From NCBI RefSeq assembly GCF_009914755.1, contig NC_060928.1: a stretch of 64,000 nucleotides of DNA. The stretch is one strand, 5' to 3'. Source of the DNA: the human T2T-CHM13v2.0 reference genome, Homo sapiens. Each line of letters begins with the position of its first letter. The stretch's first letter is position 1. Position numbers and translations under genes: made by a program. The notes under the pieces are model-generated. The model was not told where the DNA came from, searched no databases, and saw nothing but the letters and a program-made list of their open reading frames with translations. Below are positions 14,228 through 32,141 of this stretch, in pieces.

Positions 14228-14360
14228 GGCCAGGCACAGTGGCTCACAGCTATAATACCAGCACTTTGGGAGGCTGAGGATCACTTTAGGCCAGGAGCTC
14301 GAGACCAGCCTGGGCAACATAACAAGACCCTATCTCTACAAAAAATAAATAAATAAAACA
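14228..14360 (+). mobile_element. Alu left monomer (FLAM)
   Basis: Single arm with A-rich tail, flanked by aaaaaagaatta repeats. Confidence 0.85.
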
Positions 14361-15074
14361 AAAAAGAATTAAGCCCAGATCTGGTACCAAATTTACAACT
14401 GCCTCATGTCAACAGACCTTATGGAGATTGTTTTTGTTTTCTCTGTTCCCTCAAAGGACTTTCAATGCAGCTCCTAAAGAGTATACATTTGTTTATCATT
14501 TTAAAAGAGAATCAACTCCTTATTCAGTCAGTTTATAGTCTTTATAAATAATGTTGGGCATTAAAATAGGACATCTTTCAAAAAATTACATTATCTAATT
14601 AGACAACTTTTCAAAGTAACCTATAGTGTCTTTGAAAATTCAAGCATTTCCTCAAGAGTAGTGTATAGATTTCAAAAATTTAAAATAGTTATATCTTGAA
14701 ACTAAAGATATATGTCTAATTTTTGTAAAATAAACAGTAAATTTAGCAAAAGTACTCCTAGCATTCTTCTCAAATGTAATACTATTTTTGAAAATATGTA
14801 AATATTTTGAGATAATGTTATACAGGTACAGCACCTGTACAACATTAAATATTATTTAAAAATAAGGTATTAGAGCATTCTTAATGAGCACGATGAGAAA
14901 AACTGTGGATAGACTTAGCAAAATAATACCGAAGGAAACCAATTAGGCACAATTAAAATGCATACAATTCTGAAATGGATTATTTTAATGAAGTTCTCTG
15001 GTAGCTTTCAACAAAAGTTATGGCAGAAAAGCAGGTAATAGGGTCTGTATCTACATCATCAACCACATGAGAAA

Positions 15075-15290
15075 AGAAATAAGGTTTAGAATCAGACAGA
15101 TCTGGGTTCAACCCTATGGCTCTTCCCATTTTACTACCATGCTGGGAAAGAAAATACATCTCTTTGGGCCCTAGTTTCCTCAATCTGTAAAATAGAGAAA
15201 GAAATCTCACTTTACAGGGTCACTGTGCAAAGTAAGTGTGATGGTATGCGAATAGTCCCTAACATATAATAAGCACTCAGTTAAAGTTAA
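15075..15290 (+). mobile_element. MIR
   Basis: atctgggttcaa...agtttcctcaatctgtaaaat...aagcactca. Confidence 0.75.
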
Positions 15291-15839
15291 TTCTTTCCCC
15301 ATCCACCTTTACATCCTTCTTATGCAATAGAATACACAGATACTATCTGAGCTCCAACCACTGTACTACAATCCCTGCTTACTTTTTGGAGTTTTTTTTT
15401 TTTATTAAATAGGAAAGAGAGAGGACATATGGAAAAGTGAATGTTGATACAATTTAGTGCTGTCATTCACTTAGAACTTTTATTATGTAGTCTTTACTGT
15501 ACACTATGGAATCACAAAATGAGTAGAAGAATTAATCTCTATCTTCAAAGAATTAATAGACATAGAGAGATAGAGCAGATGTCCAAAGAATATCTATATT
15601 TTCACTTTCTGTGTATATAATTCAACATCATATGTGCATTTTATTGACCATCAGGAGTAAATATGTGTGTGGTTGTATATGTATGTTTATATATATTCAG
15701 AGAGAGACTTTGTGGGGGGAAAACTGCATGCTTTATTAAATGGTATATTCAACACACTTTTCTGTATCTTAATTTTCTCATTTAATGGAACCTCAAAGAT
15801 GTACCTCCAACGCAACTGTTATAGCCCTAATTAATATCG

Positions 15840-16228
15840 TTTAAATTGACGTGTAATAATTGTACATATTCTTGGGGTACATAGTGATGTTTTGATACAT
15901 ATCCATCATCTCAAATATTTATTATTTCTTTGTGTTGGAAGTATTCAATATCCTCCTTCTAGCTATCTGAACTATATATTATTCTTATTTGTATATAAAT
16001 TTATATATAAATAACTATGTATTATTCTTATAACACCCTACAGTGTTATAGAAGACTATAACTTATTCCTCCTGTCTAGCTATAATTTTGCATTCTTTAA
16101 CAAATCTCTCTTGTCCCCACTTCTCTCTACTGTTCCCAGCCTCTAGTATCCTCTGTCCTACTTTTCACGCCTAGGAGATCAACCTTTTTTAGCTTCCACA
16201 TATGAATGAGGACATGCAATGTTTAACT
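15840..16228 (-). mobile_element. L1MA 3' end
   Basis: aattgtacatattcttggggtacatagtgatg...ttttagcttccacatatga. Confidence 0.8.
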
Positions 16229-17614
16229 TAAGAGAAATTTTTAAAGCACTAATTTATGTACCTATTTAGAGCTAGTATCCAGTTATTAAATATTAGAAAA
16301 TGTCTATGCAATATAGAGTAAGAAAATGGGGAGTTTGGGTATTATTATGTACTTTACTATGAGGCAAGAGTACAAATGGATTCTTCCTTCTGAGTAGATA
16401 AGTTGAAAAGTACAATAAGCTCAGTAAACAAACTATAATTATTCCAATTTAGCAAATTAATTTGTTATAGTGATTAGCCAACTATGTATCAAAAAGCCAA
16501 CTTTTTTCATACATGAATAAATAAGAGTATGAAAATGCCATAATACTGTAAAAATAAAATTTATCTAAATTTCAGTTATATTAAAACATATTTAAAAATC
16601 AAACAAGAAATGTAGACATATTGCATTGCTGAATTGTAATATTTCTGTGAGGTTAAATATAAGCACATTCTTTTCTGTAGATAACTCAGCATTATCAAAA
16701 AAGAAAAAAGTTGTTATTTAATGATATCTATAAAAAGAAATTAGAAAACCTTGAATGTTCAAAAATGGGAAAAGATTACATAACCATGGTTCCTTAATTT
16801 AATAGATTATTGTGAAACCCTTAAAATAATTATGAACATGATACAGAAACATTTAAAAGTATTTTAAACAAATTTGGGGGAAAAACATAATATTACACTA
16901 GATGTTCTAGTTATGTGATCATTACGTTTATGGGTGAAGAAAAACTGGAAGAAAATACACAAAACTAAATACTTGTGTTAGGGTGGTGAGATTTTGAGGA
17001 ATTTTAAACAAATTTTATAAAACTTAAAATTGTCCAGTTTTTAAAGGTCTTACCTCTGTTCAACTCCAGGAAAGGAATAGGAAATAAAATGTGGTAGTTA
17101 TGGTTATAGAATTACATATAATATACAAAGACAAGACACAGGAAAGAGAACTCTTTCCTCGGGGAGGTAGGAATGGCTGCATAGAAGGGTGACCTGAAGC
17201 CAAGGCTTACAGTAGAAATTCGCACATGACAAGAAGTAGGGAGAACAGTCCAGGCACAGGAAATGAATGGACCAAGTAGAGGGGCATAAGGGGCACCCCA
17301 AGCAGCAAGTAACTAGATCCATAGTCCTGGAGCAAAGAGTGTGAAAGGAGAAAGCAGGCGGTGAGGCTGGACGGGCTTAAGGGCCACATGGGTCATGCTG
17401 AGTGGTTGCGATTTTGTCCTGGGAGGCATTAGGGTCCCCTGAGCAGGGGAAGAGCTGGCCAGTTAGGAAGGTCTCCTGGGGCAGCAGTGTGGAGGCTGGC
17501 TGGGAGAGGGTTAGAGCTAAAGGATTAGTGTTGAAGCTGTGGCAAACACCCAGGCAAGAGACACCTGGACCTGACCCAGGGCAGGAGTAACGGAAATGTA
17601 AAGAGAATTTTTTA

Positions 17615-17810
17615 GAGCAGTGTTCCTCGTTGTTCTGTTTGTAGACCACCTGCATAAGATTTGTATGAGAGTTTGTTAAACATTGGAGTTTTAGGTAATA
17701 CCTGAGACTCACTGAAGCCAGACTCCTGGAGGGAGGATCCTATTATCTACATTTTAAATACGTATCCAAGATAATTCAGACAAACAATAATATGAGAGCC
17801 ACTATTTTAG
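17615..17810. mobile_element. MER5A (hAT-Charlie MITE)
   Basis: gcagtgttcctc...gtttgttaaa...tgagagccact termini. Confidence 0.65.
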
Positions 17811-19217
17811 AAATCCTTAGGTAGTATAGTTGGTAACACTTTGTGATTTGTTGTGGGGATGAGGGAGACTTTCGGATAATGCTCTGTCTTGGGCATCTGA
17901 GAGTAAAGTGATAACATTTGCTAAAATGACCAAAATAGAAAAAGAAGCAGAATATATTAGAAAATGGCTACATTTAGGTCTAGACAGGTTATAAAGGGTG
18001 CCAGTGGATCATTTATTTTGATAAATATAGTAAATAATTCAGTAGAGGGCTTGATTATTTTTTTAAAAAGTCAGAATTATCAATACATAGGTCACAATTG
18101 AAGCTATGAATATAAATGGAATTTTCTAGGTAGAGTGCATTGTGTAAGAAAAGAGCTTTGAGGAACAACAGTATTTAAGTGGTAAGCAGAGAAAAGGAGC
18201 CTACACAAAAAGATTTGTATTAGATACTGGAGGCAATCTGAAGAAAATTAAATAATCACAAATAACTGTTTAGACATGGAATTATCAGGAAGGGGCTTTT
18301 TTTTTGGAGGAGACAAACATTTTAGTGTAAAGAGGAGATAGGCATGCTTTGACAGAAGAAAATCAAAATTATTGCAGAGATGGGAAAGAGCATCAGAGAA
18401 ATCTAAAAGTAGAAGTCATCAAGTGGTAAAGGGATTTGACATGGTGGAAGAGAGAATTGCAGGGATATAACTAGGTAATATGGCAGTGTAAACAGAAAGT
18501 AGATAACTGTGCCTTAGAAAACTGGAAGAGTGTCACTCTATGCATGTGAAAAAGGTTTAAAGATCTATGCCAAGAATTTCCGTGACTTTTAAACAGTATT
18601 TACAGAAAATTCCCAGCTGTTATGGGAAGAATAAACTGGGGAGGTGAGATCAGAAGCAGAAAAGCTAGGTAAGAAATCTTGAGGAACAAAATAAAAAGGG
18701 GATGGGTACATTGGGAGATAAGAAGAGCTGGGCCTGAATAAGGCCGTGGGAACAAGTTACTTCATCTTCTTGAAGCTCAAACATTTTACAGAGCACTCAG
18801 CAATTGAAGACAGACAAGACCCAAACATCACCTCTAAAGAATCAGCTCTGGGAGGAGGGAGATTTTGTCTGCACTGCGATTTCCCCTACCTTAGACTACA
18901 ATAGGCACTCAATATTAACATTTTTAAATTAATTAATTGTGGTATCTAAAGTCTAGTGTGAATTAATGCAAGGAGCACAATTTTTAGAAAACTAAATGAA
19001 CAGTTTTACTGGAAAAATATATATACTAAGACAGTCAAGAAAAAACTGTATAATTTGGAAAAATTAAACATTAAGAAAAATGGTTTCTTTTTAAAGTTCC
19101 ATAAGCTTACAGGAGCTCTAAAATGTCTAACACTTGCAGACTGCTGTTTTCTAAGGGATCATGAAAAGGATGCATGCTTCATAAATTTATCCCAGCATGA
19201 AAAATCAAACATGGTAA

Positions 19218-19469
<252 letters not shown>

Positions 19470-20282
19470 TAATTCAATGGTCCTGGGTGACACTGTTGGC
19501 ATGCAATACCAAAATTTTTTCATCATGGTACAGATAACTGAATTCCCTGGTAGAAAGCAATTTTTTCTTTTGAGAAAAGAATCTAAATAGCAATATAGGA
19601 TATCTTCTAAGCCTAGGCAAAGACTCATTTTTGTAATATTACTATTATTTTCAAACTTGGTCATTTTTAGTATAAAAATGAAGGAAATGATTCAGAAACT
19701 ATCATTGGTATAACATCAAGATTATCCCTTGATACTTTAAAAATGTTATTTTAATAATAGTTTCAAATCCAAAGATTGATCTGGGTTTATGCATTGTTTC
19801 AAATGGCAATACTGTTCAAGAATTTAATAAATAATTCACATGCAAGGCTATGAGAATTACTGTGTAACTCCAGATTCTATCTTACATTTTTGCAGGCTTT
19901 AGGACAGATTAAAAGTAATTTAGAGACTTAATGGCCCAAGATTCCAGAAGAGGTACAACCCAAAACTTATGCTATCAAAAATATCACCAAATGATATCTG
20001 TAGTATAGTTTATAGAATGGGCATCCATTTTTCTCTGTTATTCAGTTTTTATAATTTCCATGGATATTTTGAATTTTTAATAGTCTCATAATCCATTATT
20101 TGATCACTTGACCTTCATTTTAGAGTAAAATATTAAAATATCTAATATCTAGTATGCTGTCTCACACTCAAAAAAAGTTAGACTCAATTTATAGGCAGCT
20201 TAATAACCATTCATTTAAAAATGAATAAATTAATGAGTAAATTTTTTTATTTAAAAAAAGAATGCCAAATAGACTGCATTTA

Positions 20283-20620
<338 letters not shown>

Positions 20621-21098
20621 ATTGTACTATTAAGATTTTAGTTTTTGCACACTACCATTATTAGTAATGCATCCCTTGCATGAAAGAGGTGTACCATAGA
20701 ATTTAAAGAGGGGTTGAGGAGTGGCAGGGAAAGAAAGTTGGAGGCCCATTCTGATCAATGTTATAATTTTTTTTTCAAAATGAGAGTGTAGAAAATTATA
20801 AAAAGTAAAACATTAGGGGAAAATGGAATTAATGGAATAACTCGGATTTGTTTTTGAGATTAAGTGCTTAAGACATGCTGTAAGACTTCTCTGTATCTTG
20901 TGGCTTTGGTGCCCTGTACCTGCTGAGCAGCTTGCCTGTAGTTCTACACACACTGGTGTGGTAATATTTGGGTTAGTTATAAAGAGATGCCTATTGACTG
21001 TATAAATACCAGGTGAGTACTATATCAGTGAGCACAATACCATTCAACAGGAAATGTAGCTCCCTGTGTTAATCAAAGCTTTTGCAAATATTACATGC

Positions 21099-21128
21099 TG
21101 TGTGTGTGTGCGTGTGTGTGTGTGTGTG
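21099..21128. repeat. (TG)n microsatellite, one interruption
   Basis: Direct reading. Confidence 0.9.
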
Positions 21129-21357
21129 AAAACTTAATCTGCTAATACTTCTCTTTTACTTTAGAACATTTTATTCCTTTGCATATCTACATCAACGTAG
21201 AAATAAAAACTTAGGAATTAAATTCTTTCAACATGATAGTATATTCTTAGACTTCTTATTATTAAATAACATTAACGGATGAAACAAAACATGATATGAT
21301 ACATAGACAGCCCAAACAGATAGCTGTAAGATCCTTTCTAACCTTGAAGCGTATGTA

Positions 21358-21595
21358 GGCCAGGTGCGTATGTACAGGCTGGGGTACATGCCTGTAATCC
21401 CAGCACTTTGAGAAGCCAAGGTGAGCTGAGCCCAGGAGTTTGAGACCTGCCAGCACAACATAGTAAGAACTCAAAAAGTGAGGCGAGAGGGTCGCTTGAG
21501 CCCAGGAGGTTGAGGCTGCTGCAATGAGCTATAATCACACCACTGTACTCCCACCTGGGCAATGGGAGAGAGACCCTGTCTCAAAAAAAAAAAAA
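21358..21595 (+). mobile_element. Old Alu with internal deletions
   Basis: Both arms partly present, linker and start of right arm missing, poly-A tail. Confidence 0.85.
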
Positions 21596-21684
21596 GTATA
21601 TGCACAGGGATACATAAAGTTTAAGACATTGTCTAGTACGTGCATTGCTTTAGAAGTCCACTTAAAAAACAACTAAACAGTATA

Positions 21685-24433
<2,749 letters not shown>

Positions 24434-25069
24434 TAATTATATCTTTGGCTTAAATGCTTGCTAAGTGAATAAGACCAAAGGACATAAGTAAGATTTTCAC
24501 ATCCAGCTATGGCAGACTACTTTATATCAGAACAACTTCATAAAAATAACCAGAAAAGCTAGTTTTAAAAAATGAGTTTTAAAAATGGTTTAAAATCTAC
24601 CAAGGAAGTGAGTACTTGAGGCCAGGGCTCTGGAGATGAGGGAAATTTAGAGATTTTAACCCAACATGTGGTACCACGTTTCTCCTTGAGGCACCTGTTG
24701 ATTCATCAGCAGCACTAAAAGGCTAAAAAGCTGAGTAAACCTTTTGGCAGCTTCAAGTCTGGGAACACCAAATAGGAGTATAGGGTCTTCCAGGGAGGAG
24801 GGGTCTTGGTAAATATTCCATACTTTCAGCTGGAAGCCCTAAAGGGCTATACCATTGGAATAAAGGTGAACAAGTAATACTTCAGCCTTCATAAAACTAA
24901 ATATTGCTCTCAACCAACAAAATCTTAGATTGGATAAAGGCTATCTCCCCTAAATCAAACTGCCCGCTCTGACAAAAATGAATCCCTTCTAGAAAGAAGA
25001 TGACATCTCTTAAAGACTTAAATCATCCTACAGGTTTTTTTAAAAAAATATTTTTTGTTGTTGTTGTCA

Positions 25070-25402
25070 TGGTGGTGGTGATATACACATAACATAAAAT
25101 GAACTATCTTAATCACTTTAAGCATACAGTTCAGTGGTATTCAGTACAATACTTCATAATGTCGTGCCACCATCACCACCATTCCTCTCCATAACTCTCC
25201 ATCTGGTAAAACTGAAACTCTGTACCCATTAAACAATAACTCCCCATTCCCTCTCTGCCACCATCAATTCCTGACAACCACCATTCTACTTTCTGTCTCT
25301 ATGATTTTTACCACTTTAAGGGCCTTGTATAAATAGAATCCTACAGTATTTGTTGTTTTTTTTTTTGTGGCTGGCTTATTTCACTTAGTATAATGTCCTC
25401 AT
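25070..25402 (-). mobile_element. L1MB 3' end
   Basis: aactgaaactctgtacccattaaacaataactcccc...caaccaccattctactttctgtctctatg. Confidence 0.85.
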
Positions 25403-25439
25403 GCTAAAAAAAATTTTCATAAGTTTATATTACTATAAA

Positions 25440-26500
25440 AGTCAAAATATTGACTACCACTAGGGGCTAGAGGGTATTGTGATTGGGCAGGGACCATGGA
25501 TAGAGCTCTGGAGTGGCTCTTGATATGTGTAGTCCTTTCCAAGATTATTCATTTCATAGACATTATGTATACTTTCTTAAGTTTTCTGTACTTGTGTTAT
25601 ATTAAATAATATAAATGTTTTTAAAATTCCATAAATGGAATTAATAGCAGATTAGACATAGCTGAAGAGAGAATTGCTAAATTGAGGCAGAAAGTGTTCA
25701 AGCTGCAACGTGGAGAAAATAGGATTTAAGATGCAGAAAAACAGCAGAAGACATACTTGGAGCAGTAATAAAAATGCCAATATATGTGTATGGTTGGAGC
25801 CTCAGAAGGGAATAAGAGAGAGAAGCAATATTGAAAGAATTCATGGCGTAAGATTTTTCAAAATTGACAAAAGACATCAAGCTTCAAGTTCAAGAAGTAC
25901 TACAGCACCCAAGAAGGGTAAATGCAAAGTAAACCACACAAAAGGCACATGATTGTAAAATAAAGACAATTAAGAAAATCTTAAAGCGAAGGAATAATAG
26001 ACATATTATCTTAAAATGAGTAAAAATAAGACAGTTGATTTTCCAACTGAAATGATGGGAGAGAGTGGATTAACACTTTTAAAATAATGAAATAAATAAC
26101 AGCAAACCTGTAATTCTATATCCAGTGAAAATATTATTTAAAGGTAAAAGTTAAGACATACTTACATAAATGTTTTCAGAGAAAGATGCTGTTTGTTTAC
26201 CCCTGCCAAACAATAATACAAGAGTAATAAATAAAAGGGGTAAGTATAGGAAAAGAAAAATAAAGATGTCATTATTCACAAATGACATGATTATGTCCAT
26301 AGAAAATTTAAAAGAAGCTACCAGTAAATCATTAGGATTAATAAGTGAATTTAGTGAGAGCACAGAATAAAAGGTCATCGTTAATAGTTATTTTTATACA
26401 CCAGCAATAATTAGAAAATAAATAGTATTAATTAACTTTTACCTTATGTTTTGTGCACTTTCTGTATCTTACACTTCAATAAAATTTTTATTTCAAAAAA
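25440..26500 (+). mobile_element. Highly decayed L1M(E) fragments (3' end, ORF1, ORF2)
   Basis: ORF1-like aatagcagattagacatagctgaagagagaatt; RT-like SLFTNDMIMSIENLKE in ORF 26170..26370. Confidence 0.65.
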
Positions 26501-27266
26501 ATCACATAGGCAAAATAATCTCAATAGGTATCTGGGTCTTTATAAACTAAATGTGACAAAAGCCATTCTTTGAATTAGTCCAGAACAAAATCTAGTCATT
26601 TAAAATAGAGGCTAAAATAATTTTCAGGTATAAAATAATTTTCAAGTTATTATTTTCAATTTATTATTTTCCCTATTGTAGGTTAACATGATTTTATTTT
26701 ATCAAACTACTCAAAATTATAAGAAAGCCATTTGGCCAAAGATTTATTTTGTCATACAACTATTATACATATATATTTTTAATAAAATATTTTATTTTAT
26801 TTTCTGATTATTAAATAATTTAACATAATATTACACGAAGACTTTATTCTGATATATCTATTTTTCACATTTTTTCCAAACACACAAACACACACACACA
26901 CACAAAACAAAACAAAACAAAAAAACAGAAGAAAGAGACAAAGAGAAAGAAGCAAGCAATTTCCAGTTATTTCCAAAGTCCTTGCAAAGAGTAAAATAAT
27001 ATTGTTTGGTAGTTTACATTATGATATGTAATTATTAGATATTGCTGATGAAGCCTAGAGAGGTAAGATATAGTCAAATGGCATTCAGCAATGATAATGA
27101 GTGGATGAAAATCGGCTTCTAAGTCTAATCACAATTTCAAAATGGCCCAGAGTTTAGTTCAACTTTGAATTTTTGTAGTTCCTCTGAGTGTATTCAAATT
27201 TTATGTTACATTCAAATAATATTTCATTAAACCCATGAGAAAAAGTAAACCAGGAGCAAGGAGGCT

Positions 27267-27980
27267 TGTAACCCCCCAAAGGGTTCTCCTTGCCCCCTGC
27301 CTAGACAGAGCTGATTTATCAAGACAGGAGAATTGCGATAGAGTTTAATTCACGCAGAGCTGGCTGCATGACGGGAGACCAGAGTTTTATTATTACTGAA
27401 ACCAGTCTCCCTGGGGATCAGGCTTTTTAAGGAAAATTTGGTGGGTAGTGGGGACAGTGAGTCACGAGTGCTGATTGGTCAGGTGGAAGATGAAATCAGA
27501 GTGAGTCGAAGCTGTCCTCTTGCGCTGAGTCAGTTCCTGGGTGGGGGCCACAAGATCAGATGAACCAGTTTATTGATCTGAGTGGTGCCAGCTGATCCAT
27601 CGAGTACAGGGTTTACAAAATATCTCAAACACTGTTCTAAGGTTTTACCATAGTGATGTTATCCCCAAGGAAAAATTTGGGGAGGTTCAGAATCTTGCAG
27701 CTTCCAGTTGCAAGACACCTAAACCATAACTTCTGATCTTGTGGCTGATTTGTTAGTTCTGCAAGAGCAATCTAGTCCCCAGGCAGGAAGGGGATTTGTT
27801 TTGGGAAAGGGCTGTTACCGCCATTGTTTCGAAGTTAAACCATAAATTTCTCCCAAAGTTAGTTTGGCCTATTCCTAGGAAAGGAAGAGGAACAGCTTGG
27901 AGGTTAGAAGCAAGATGGAGTCAGGTAAGATCTCTCACTGTTATAATTTTCTCAGTTATAATTTTGCAAAGGCAGTTTCA
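27267..27980 (-). mobile_element. ERV1 solo LTR, LTR8 family
   Basis: TG...CA termini; the reverse complement starts tgaaactgcctttgcaaaattat...gactccatcttgcttctaacctccaagctg. Abuts MIR sequence at about 27981-28070. Confidence 0.88.
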
Positions 27981-28667
27981 GATTCCCAGTTCTGCTTCAA
28001 AAAGCTGTATGACTTCGGGTATGTCACTTAACCTCTTATCTTAATTTCCCCATCTGCAAAATAAATTCTATAATGATATGATTAAGTACCTTTAAATATA
28101 GTACATTCATTAGCTACTTAGTAGAATATTTTAACTTTTATACAATCATTTTACCTACTTCTTCACCTTATAGAATAATTAGTAATTATTATAGGCGTAT
28201 TATATATCCAGTACTATTAGTTTTCACAAATGTAATCCATCACTGACCCATCAAAATAAACAAGAAAGTATCTACTAACTGTGAATCTGAATGAAACAGG
28301 CTTATTCTTCACTACGTAGAGGATGAAATAGAAAAATCATTTTAAGTCAGACCTATGTTTGAAGAATTTCTATGTTATGGGAACTGGGGAGATAGATGCA
28401 CAGGTATTTTTCAGTAGACTATTTTAAATCTTTCATTGGAAACGTTTGCTTCACTAACTTTGACTTAAACTTGAAACTATTTTCAGGGACCTTAAAAATC
28501 TTATGAGTAGTCTCTCGCTTTGAAAACTTAACATCTCTATTAATGGACTCTCTTTTAATTTGTGTGTTGAGGGCAATCAAATTCAAACAAACAGGATGTA
28601 GCCTCAATGACGCCAAAGAAAAGAAAACTGCTTTCCAAACAGCAGCTCTTCATTGTATCTGTGGTAG

Positions 28668-30220
28668 TGAGAGGTGACAGCGTGCTGGCAGTCCTCACAG
28701 CCCTCGCTCGCTCTCGGCACCTCCTCTGCCTGGGCTCCCACTTTGGCGGCACTTGAGGAGCCCTTCAGCCCACCGCTGCACTGTGGGAGCCCCTTTCTGG
28801 GCTGGACAAGGCCGGCGCCCACTCCCTCACCTCAGCTTGCAGGGAGCTGTGGAGGGAGAGGCCCGAGCGGGAACCGGGGCTGCGTGGGACGCTTGCTGGC
28901 CAGCTGGAGTTCTGGGTGGGCATGGGCTTGGCGGGCCCCGCACTCGGAGCAGCCAGCCAGCCCTGCCGGCCCGGGGCAATGAGGGACTTAGCACTCGGGC
29001 CAGCGGCGGTGGGGGGTGTACTGGGTCCCCCAGCAGTGCCAGCCCACCGGCGCTGCACTTGATTTCTCACCGGGCCTTAGCTGCCTTCCCGCAGGGCAGG
29101 GCTTGGGACCTGCAGCCCGCCATGCCTGAGCCTCCCACCCCCTCCATGGGCTCGTGGGCCGCCTGAGCCTCCCAGACGAGTGCCACCCCCTGCTCCACTG
29201 CGCCCAGTCCCATCGACCACCCAGGGGCTGAGGAGTGCAAGCGCACGGCGCAGGACTGGCAGGCAGCTCCACCTGCAGCCCTGGTGCGGGATCCTCTAGG
29301 TGAAGCCAGCTGGGCTCCTGAGTCTGGTGGGGCCTTGGAGAACCTTTATGTCTAGCTCAGGGATTGTAAATGCACCAATCAGCACTCTGTATCTAGCTCA
29401 AGGTTTGTAAACACACCAGTCAGCACCCTGTGTCTAGCTCAGGGTTTGTGAATGCACCAATGGACACTCTGTATCTAGCTGCTCTGGTGGGGCCTTGGAG
29501 AACCTTTATGTCTAGTTCAGGGATTGTAAATACACCAATCAGCACCCTGTGTTTAGCTTAGGGTTTGTGAGTGCACCAATCCACACTCTGTATCTAGCTG
29601 CTCTGGTGGGGCCTTGGAGAACCTTTGTGTCCATACTCTGTATCTAACTAATCTGATGGGGAGGTGGAGAACCTTTGTATCTAGCTCAGGGATTGTAAAT
29701 GCACCAATCAGCGCCCTGTCAAAATAGACCACCGGGCTCTACCAATCAGCAGGATGTGGGTGGGGCCAGACAAGAGAATAAAAGCAGGCTGCCCAAGCCA
29801 GCAGTGGCAACCCGCTCGGGTCCCCTTCCACACAGTGGAAGCTTTGTTCTTTCACTCTTTGCAATAAATCTTGCTACTGCTCACTTTTTGGGTCCACGCT
29901 GCTTTTATGAGCTGTAACAGTCACCGCAAAGATCTGCAGCTTCACTCCTGAAGCAGTGAGACCACGAGCCCACCAGGAGGAACGAACAACTCCAGACGTG
30001 CTGCCTTAAGAGCTGTAACACTCACCGTGAAGGTCTGCAGCTTCACTCCTGAGCCAGTGAGACCATGAACCCACCAGAAGGAAGAAACTCCGAACACATC
30101 CGAACATCAGAAGGAACAAACTCCAGACACGCCACTTTAAGAGCTGTAACACTCACCGAGAGGGTCCGCGGCTTCATTCTTGAAGTCAGTGAGACCAAGA
30201 ACCCACCAATTCCCGACACA
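28668..30220 (+). mobile_element. Complete solo LTR12C (ERV9 LTR), sense to MYOZ2
   Basis: Starts tgagaggtgacagcgtgctggcagtcctc and ends ccaattcccgacaca; perfect 4-bp TSD GTAG at 28664-67 and 30221-24; GC/CpG-rich 5' part, tandem CCAAT repeats, U5 repeats. Confidence 0.96.
29320..29810 (+). promoter_or_regulatory. LTR12C U3 enhancer/promoter: NF-Y CCAAT array plus TATA-like AATAAA
   Basis: CCAAT at 29375, 29457, 29535, 29576, 29704 and 29742; AATAAA at 29777; a second AATAAA at 29863. Activity cannot be judged from sequence. Confidence 0.7.
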
Positions 30221-30537
30221 GTAGGAGATGGGAGGTGGATGATAAAACAGAAGGAAATGTTTTCATTTATAAGAGAAGAAAATGATCTACAAATCGGTAG
30301 GAAAAAAACAAAATAGAGCTGGATAAAAAGGGGAAAAGCAATCCACTAATTGCCAACCCAAATACTGTATTTTAGTGCAGAGGGATGTGTCTTCTTTGAT
30401 GTAATTCAGAAAACAAAATAACTGAATAAATTCATTTCTGGAATAAATAAATACAAGGTTAATTGATCAATTTTTGCTTAAATCTAGAAATGTTCAATTG
30501 TAATCTATTGCATCTAATGGATAACTATTCATTCTTA

Positions 30538-31016
<479 letters not shown>

Positions 31017-31245
31017 GATCTTGAGCTCAAAAGTGAAGCAATGTGTTCTGACCCGCCAGGTAGGCTAAGGTGTTTTTTACCCTAGGCTCCTCTGCACTCA
31101 GGACATTCTTCTCTTAGAGTAACTAGCTTATTCCATGTTGTATTTTTTCCTCATGTTTCACCGTCTTTGAGTTCATTGAGGTTAAGATCTACAATTTTTT
31201 CGTGTTTGATTCCCTAGCATGCAGCATTGTATCTAGACATGCTAA

Positions 31246-31591
<346 letters not shown>

Positions 31592-31894
31592 CTGAACAAA
31601 CTATTGATATACAATGGCAAGATTTTAAAATGATAAAATATCATCTTGAACATCTGAGATAAGAAGTGTTCTTTTGTACTGAATCAAATTTGAGACATAA
31701 AGACTCCTCAGTCACTAAACCAGATAACAAAATATGGGACCCTGAATCATCTACTGTGTAAGAGAGATTAATTTGAAAAAGAACTTTAAGAACTTACATT
31801 ATCATTCAGGTACCTTGTGATTATTAAACTTCATAAGGCATAGTAATGATGGAAACTAATTTATTGAGTGAGTACTATGTATCAGGCACGGTTT

Positions 31895-32052
31895 TAAGTG
31901 CTTTTCAAACTCTATTAGTATGGGAATTATCTTGAGCTCTTGTCAAAGTGCAGACGCCAATTCAGTAAGTTTAGGTTGTGCTCTAAGATTCTGTAGTTCT
32001 AACTAGTTCCCAGATGAAGCCAGTGCTGCTATCTGTGACCACACACTGAGTA
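31895..32052. mobile_element. MER5A-like MITE
   Basis: agtgcttttcaaact...ttcccagatga...gaccacacactgagta. Confidence 0.6.
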
Positions 32053-32053
32053 C

Positions 32054-32141
32054 TGGGAGGCGGAGGTTGCAGTGAGCCGAGATTGTGCCATTGCACTCCA
32101 GTCTGGGTGACAAGAGCGAGACTCTGTCTCAAAAAAACAAA
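32054..32141 (+). mobile_element. Alu 3' fragment
   Basis: ctgggaggcggaggttgcagtgagccgag...ctcaaaaaaac. Confidence 0.9.

Noticed and set aside
28555-29272. Several overlapping 65-137 aa GC-rich ORFs and a CpG-island-like stretch
   Set aside because: All lie in or run into the GC-rich U3 of LTR12C, where stop codons are scarce; not a host gene or native CpG island.
29320-29720. Regularly spaced ~40-bp repeats resembling a CRISPR-like array
   Set aside because: These are the known ERV9/LTR12 U3 tandem enhancer repeats; there are no unique spacers or cas genes and the context is eukaryotic.
30065-30316. 83-aa ORF MNPPEGRNSEHIRT... as an N-terminal fusion to MYOZ2 exon 6
   Set aside because: Candidate donors at 30164, 30185, 30189, 30221 and 30297 give phase 0 or 1, whereas exon 6 needs phase 2, so no in-frame fusion results.
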